Assembly: GCF_963921235.1 (NCBI RefSeq)
Contig: NC_086097.1
Span: 202,680,001 to 202,744,000 of the forward strand
Length of the DNA stretch: 64,000 nt
Origin: Mobula hypostoma
Taxonomy: Eukaryota
Reading direction: 5' to 3'
Positions 60,381 through 64,000 of the stretch are shown here, one piece after another. Made by a program: the position numbers and the translations under genes. The stretch's first letter is position 1. The number at the start of each line of letters is the position of its first letter. The notes under the pieces were generated by a model. The model searched no databases, was not told the DNA's origin, and worked only from the letters and a program-made list of their open reading frames with translations.

Positions 60381-61676
60381 ATTAAGTTTGACATTAAGGT
60401 TGTTTGATGCAGGTAACAACTTGTATTTATTTCTACAGCAGTAATACTACATCAGAACTATGTCTCCAGAAAGGAAACGTTATGCATGTAATTTAGCATC
60501 CACATTTTCTGAAAGATCTCTTTTTAAGATACTTCAGTAAAATATTTATTCTTGGTGCTTATGAAGTCTTGATATTTTTGCGATTATATCAACTTCACCC
60601 AATCTTGGTTTGGCTTGATAAATGCTTTTTATATTTACTTCCTGTCAATTATTTGCTAACCAAGGCGCAGAAAAACTATAAGCTTAAACATACTGACTCT
60701 TGGGGACAAGTTATGTTCGAGCCTCAAGTGTACACGAACGATGACCATGTTGCTATCTGCTGTGTGTTCCCTGCACTTTGCCCTTTGCATGTGCTTCCAA
60801 GACTCCTATTTTGTGTGTGGATATTGATTAAATTTTAATATGAAATAAGAGCCAATGGCTTCTTCAGTTTTGCCTCAGCATTAGAAATTCTCAGTGGGCT
60901 GGCATATTTTAAAGTAACAATTAAAACAAAAAGAAATTTTGTAAACAGTTCCACTATGAATTAAGGCATGAACCTCCAAGGTTACAGCAATAATATAGAG
61001 TACAGGAAAGCAGAATAATGTTTATATTTAAAGAAAAGCTTAGAAAGGATAATAAAATTATTGTACAACTTTGTCAGACTGGCATGATTGGGACAGATAG
61101 TAACTTACATTGCAATTATACAGCAAAATCCACAATAAGGAATATTATCCACTTTTCACGATGGGCATCAATTTATGAAAGAAGGTAACTTCGTGAAAAG
61201 CCTGCTTGCTGTTTTATGAAATATCAGTCTTTTTGTTGCTTAACAAGTTTACAGTTTTGTCAGGAAAGATTTAGTGTCATATTAATTGTCTTCAATATTT
61301 ATTAATTTTTATAACAGTAGAATTGTAATCAAAATTTAGGCTAATATGTTCTTTCTCAGGGACTGTACTCTTAAATATCTTGACCCTTAGGGAGCAATTA
61401 TGGTAGAGGTAGAATGCCAAATCTTTTAACCACCTTTTTATGTGGATTATAAATGCAAAATCTCTGTGCTTGAATTATTCATTATATGTACAATACTCCC
61501 TTTATTTGATTGTTGATGTTGGTTAAATTTTAATATTAAGAGTATCTTTCTAAAAGGTACAGCTGATTAGTATCTTCTGGTTATTAACCTTTGATAACAA
61601 AACGAAGGACCTACATTTTATTTTGCTCAAACACACATTCAACTCACTGTTATTAACCTGGGTTAAGGTTAATAAC

Positions 61677-62173
61677 AGACACAAAATGCTGACGGAACTC
61701 AGCAAGTCAGGCAGCATCTATGGAGGGGAATCGATGTTTTGGGTTCTGACTGTTCATCGGGACTGGAAATCCTGAAAGCCAGAATAAGAAGGTGGGAGGA
61801 GAAGGAATGCAAGTTAACCAGTGATAGGTGAAACCAGGTGAAGGGGAAAGTGGGTGAGTAGAGGACAAGCCATGAAGTGAGAAGCTGGGAGGTAATAGGC
61901 AGAAGGAGAGAAATCTGATAGGAGAGGACGGTAGACTATGAGAGAAAGGAAGGAGGGCACCAGAGGGAGGTGATGGACAGGTGAGGAGTAGGGATAAGAG
62001 AGGATCCAGAATGAGGAATGGAAAGAGAGAGAAGGGAGAGTGGAAGAAATTACCAGAAGTTTTAGAAATCCATGTTCATGCCATCAAATTGGAGGCTACC
62101 CAGACAGAGTATGAGGAGGGGCTCCTTCAACTTGAGAGCAGCTTCATCATTACTGTAGAGGAGGCAATGGACT
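61677..62173 (-). mobile_element. Degraded Penelope-like 3' fragment
   Basis: It comprises a pLTR (ggaactcagcaagtcaggcagcatct), a purine tract and the GIY-YIG C-terminus complement (atgttcatgccatc...ggaggctaccc). Confidence 0.78.
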
Positions 62174-62185
62174 GATAAAGGAGCT

Positions 62186-64000
62186 ATAGAACATAGAGCA
62201 TAGAATAGTACGGCACAGTACAGGCCCTTCGGCCCACACTGTTGTGCCGACCCTCAAACCCTGCCTCCCATATAATGCCTCACCTTAAATTCCTCCATAT
62301 ACCTGTCTAGCAGTCTCTTAAACTTCACTAGTGTATCTGCCTCCACCACTGACTCAGGCAGTGCATTCCATGCACGAACCACTCTCTGAGTAAAAAAACC
62401 TTCCTCTAATATCCCCCTTGAATTTCCCACCCTTTATCTTAAAGCCATGTCCTCTTGTATTGAGCAGTGGTGCCCTGGGGAAGAGGTGCTGGCTAGCCAC
62501 TCTATCTATTCCTCTTAATATCTTGTACGCCTCTATCATGACTCCTCTCATCCTCCTTCTCTCCGAAGAGTAAAGCCCTAGCTCCCTTAATCTCTGATCA
62601 TAATCCATACTCTAAACCAGGCAGCATCCTGGTAGATCTCCTCTGTACCCTTTCCAATGCTTCCACATCCTTCCTATAGTGAGGCGACCAGAACTGGACA
62701 AGTACTCCAAGTGTGGCCTAACTAGAGTTTTATAGAGCTGCATCATTACCTCGCGATCTTAAACTCTATCCCTCGACTTATGAAAGCTAACACCCCATAA
62801 GCTTTCTTAACTACCCTATCTACCTGTGAGGCAACTTTCAGGGATCTGTGGACATGTACCCCCAGATCCCTCTGCTCCTCCACACTACCAAGAATCCTGC
62901 CATTTACTTTGTACTCTACGTTGGAATTTGTCCTTCCAAAGTGTACCACCTCATACTTCTCTAGGTTGAACTCCATCTGCCACTTCTCAGCCCACTTCTG
63001 CATCCTATCAAGGTCTCTCTGCAATCTTCGACAATCCTCAACACCATCTACAACACCACCAACCTTTGTGTCGTCTGCAAACTTGCCAACCCACCCTTCT
63101 ACCCCCACATCCAGGTCGTTAATAAAAATCACGAAAAGTAGAGGAACCAGAACGGATCCTTGTGGGACACCACTAGTCACAATCCTCCAATCTGAATGTA
63201 CTCCCTCCACCACCATCCTCTGCCTTCTGCAGGCAAGCCAATTCTGAATCCACCTGGCCGAACTTCCCTGGATCCCATGCTTTCTAACTTTCTGAATAAG
63301 CCTACCATGTGGAACCTTGTCAAATGCCTTACTAAAATCCATATAGATCACATCCACTGCACTACCCTCATCTATATGTCTGGTCACCTCCTCAAAGAAC
63401 TCTATCAGGCTTGTTAGACACGATCTGCCCTTCACAAAGCCATGCTGACTGTCCCTGAACAGACCATGATTCCTCTAAATGCTCATAGATCCTATCTCTA
63501 AGAATCTTTTCCAGCAGCTTTCCCACCACAGACATAAGGCTCACTGGTGTATAATTACCCGGACTATCCCTACTAACTTTTTTGAACAAGGGGACAACAT
63601 TCGCCTCCTTCCAATCCTCGGGTAGCATTCCCGTGGACAACAAGGACATAAAGATCCTAGCCAGAGGCTCAGCAATCTCTTCCCTCACCTCGTGGAGCAG
63701 CCTGGGGAATATTTCGTCAGGCCCCGGGGACTTATCTGTCCTAATGTATTTTAACAACTCCAACACCTCCTCTCCCTTAATATCAACATGCTCCAGAATA
63801 TCAACCTCACTCACATTGTCCTTACTGTCATCAAGTTCCCTCTCATTGGTGAATACCGAAGAGAAGTATTCATTGAGGACCTCGCTCACTTCCACAGCCT
63901 CCAGCCACATCTTCCCACCTTTATCTCTAATCGGTCCTACCTTCACTCCTGTCATCCTTTTGTTCTTCACGTAATTGAAGAATGCCTTGGGGTTTTCCTT
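62186..64000 (-). mobile_element. Young CR1 LINE, running off the window end
   Basis: ORFs 63392-63970, 62746-63435 and 62354-62608 are colinear CR1 ORF2 pieces. The tail is (catagaa)n. Confidence 0.94.

Noticed and set aside
62909..63974. Long antisense ORFs over CR1 RT regions (also 39307-39567, 39809-40213 and 40976-41326)
   Set aside because: They are shadow ORFs on the opposite strand of CR1 ORF2 with no independent coding evidence.
37557..64000. Further SPIDR exons (candidate acceptors near 45147, 55289, 59073, 60438 and 61339)
   Set aside because: None gave a SPIDR-like peptide with a good donor, and those translated in the required phase hit stops. The adjacent exons probably lie outside the window, though a diverged exon could have been missed by eye.

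Overview
This is vertebrate genomic DNA, not prokaryotic. The dense CR1, Rex-like, Penelope and V-SINE-type repeats suggest a cartilaginous fish, probably a ray (inference). The window lies inside one host gene on the + strand. Two spliced exons (22340-22596 and 37456-37556) join in frame and encode a segment I recognise as SPIDR, the homologous-recombination scaffold. Everything else looks intronic and is mostly transposon-derived. It includes a compact 4,364-bp CsRN1-type Ty3/Gypsy element with a tRNA-Trp primer site, a CHCC Gag knuckle and an intact -1 frameshift signal; two IR/DR Tc1 transposons; a deleted Tc1 derivative; a pogo/Tigger-like element; a solo LTR; many CR1 and Rex-like LINE fragments; and tRNA-type SINEs. 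Penelope-like elements carry minimal hammerhead ribozymes, some within short fold-back insertions. Every catalytically intact hammerhead core is antisense to the host gene, and every sense copy is disabled. Coordinates of old, degraded repeats are approximate. Family names come from recall of motifs, not from database searches.
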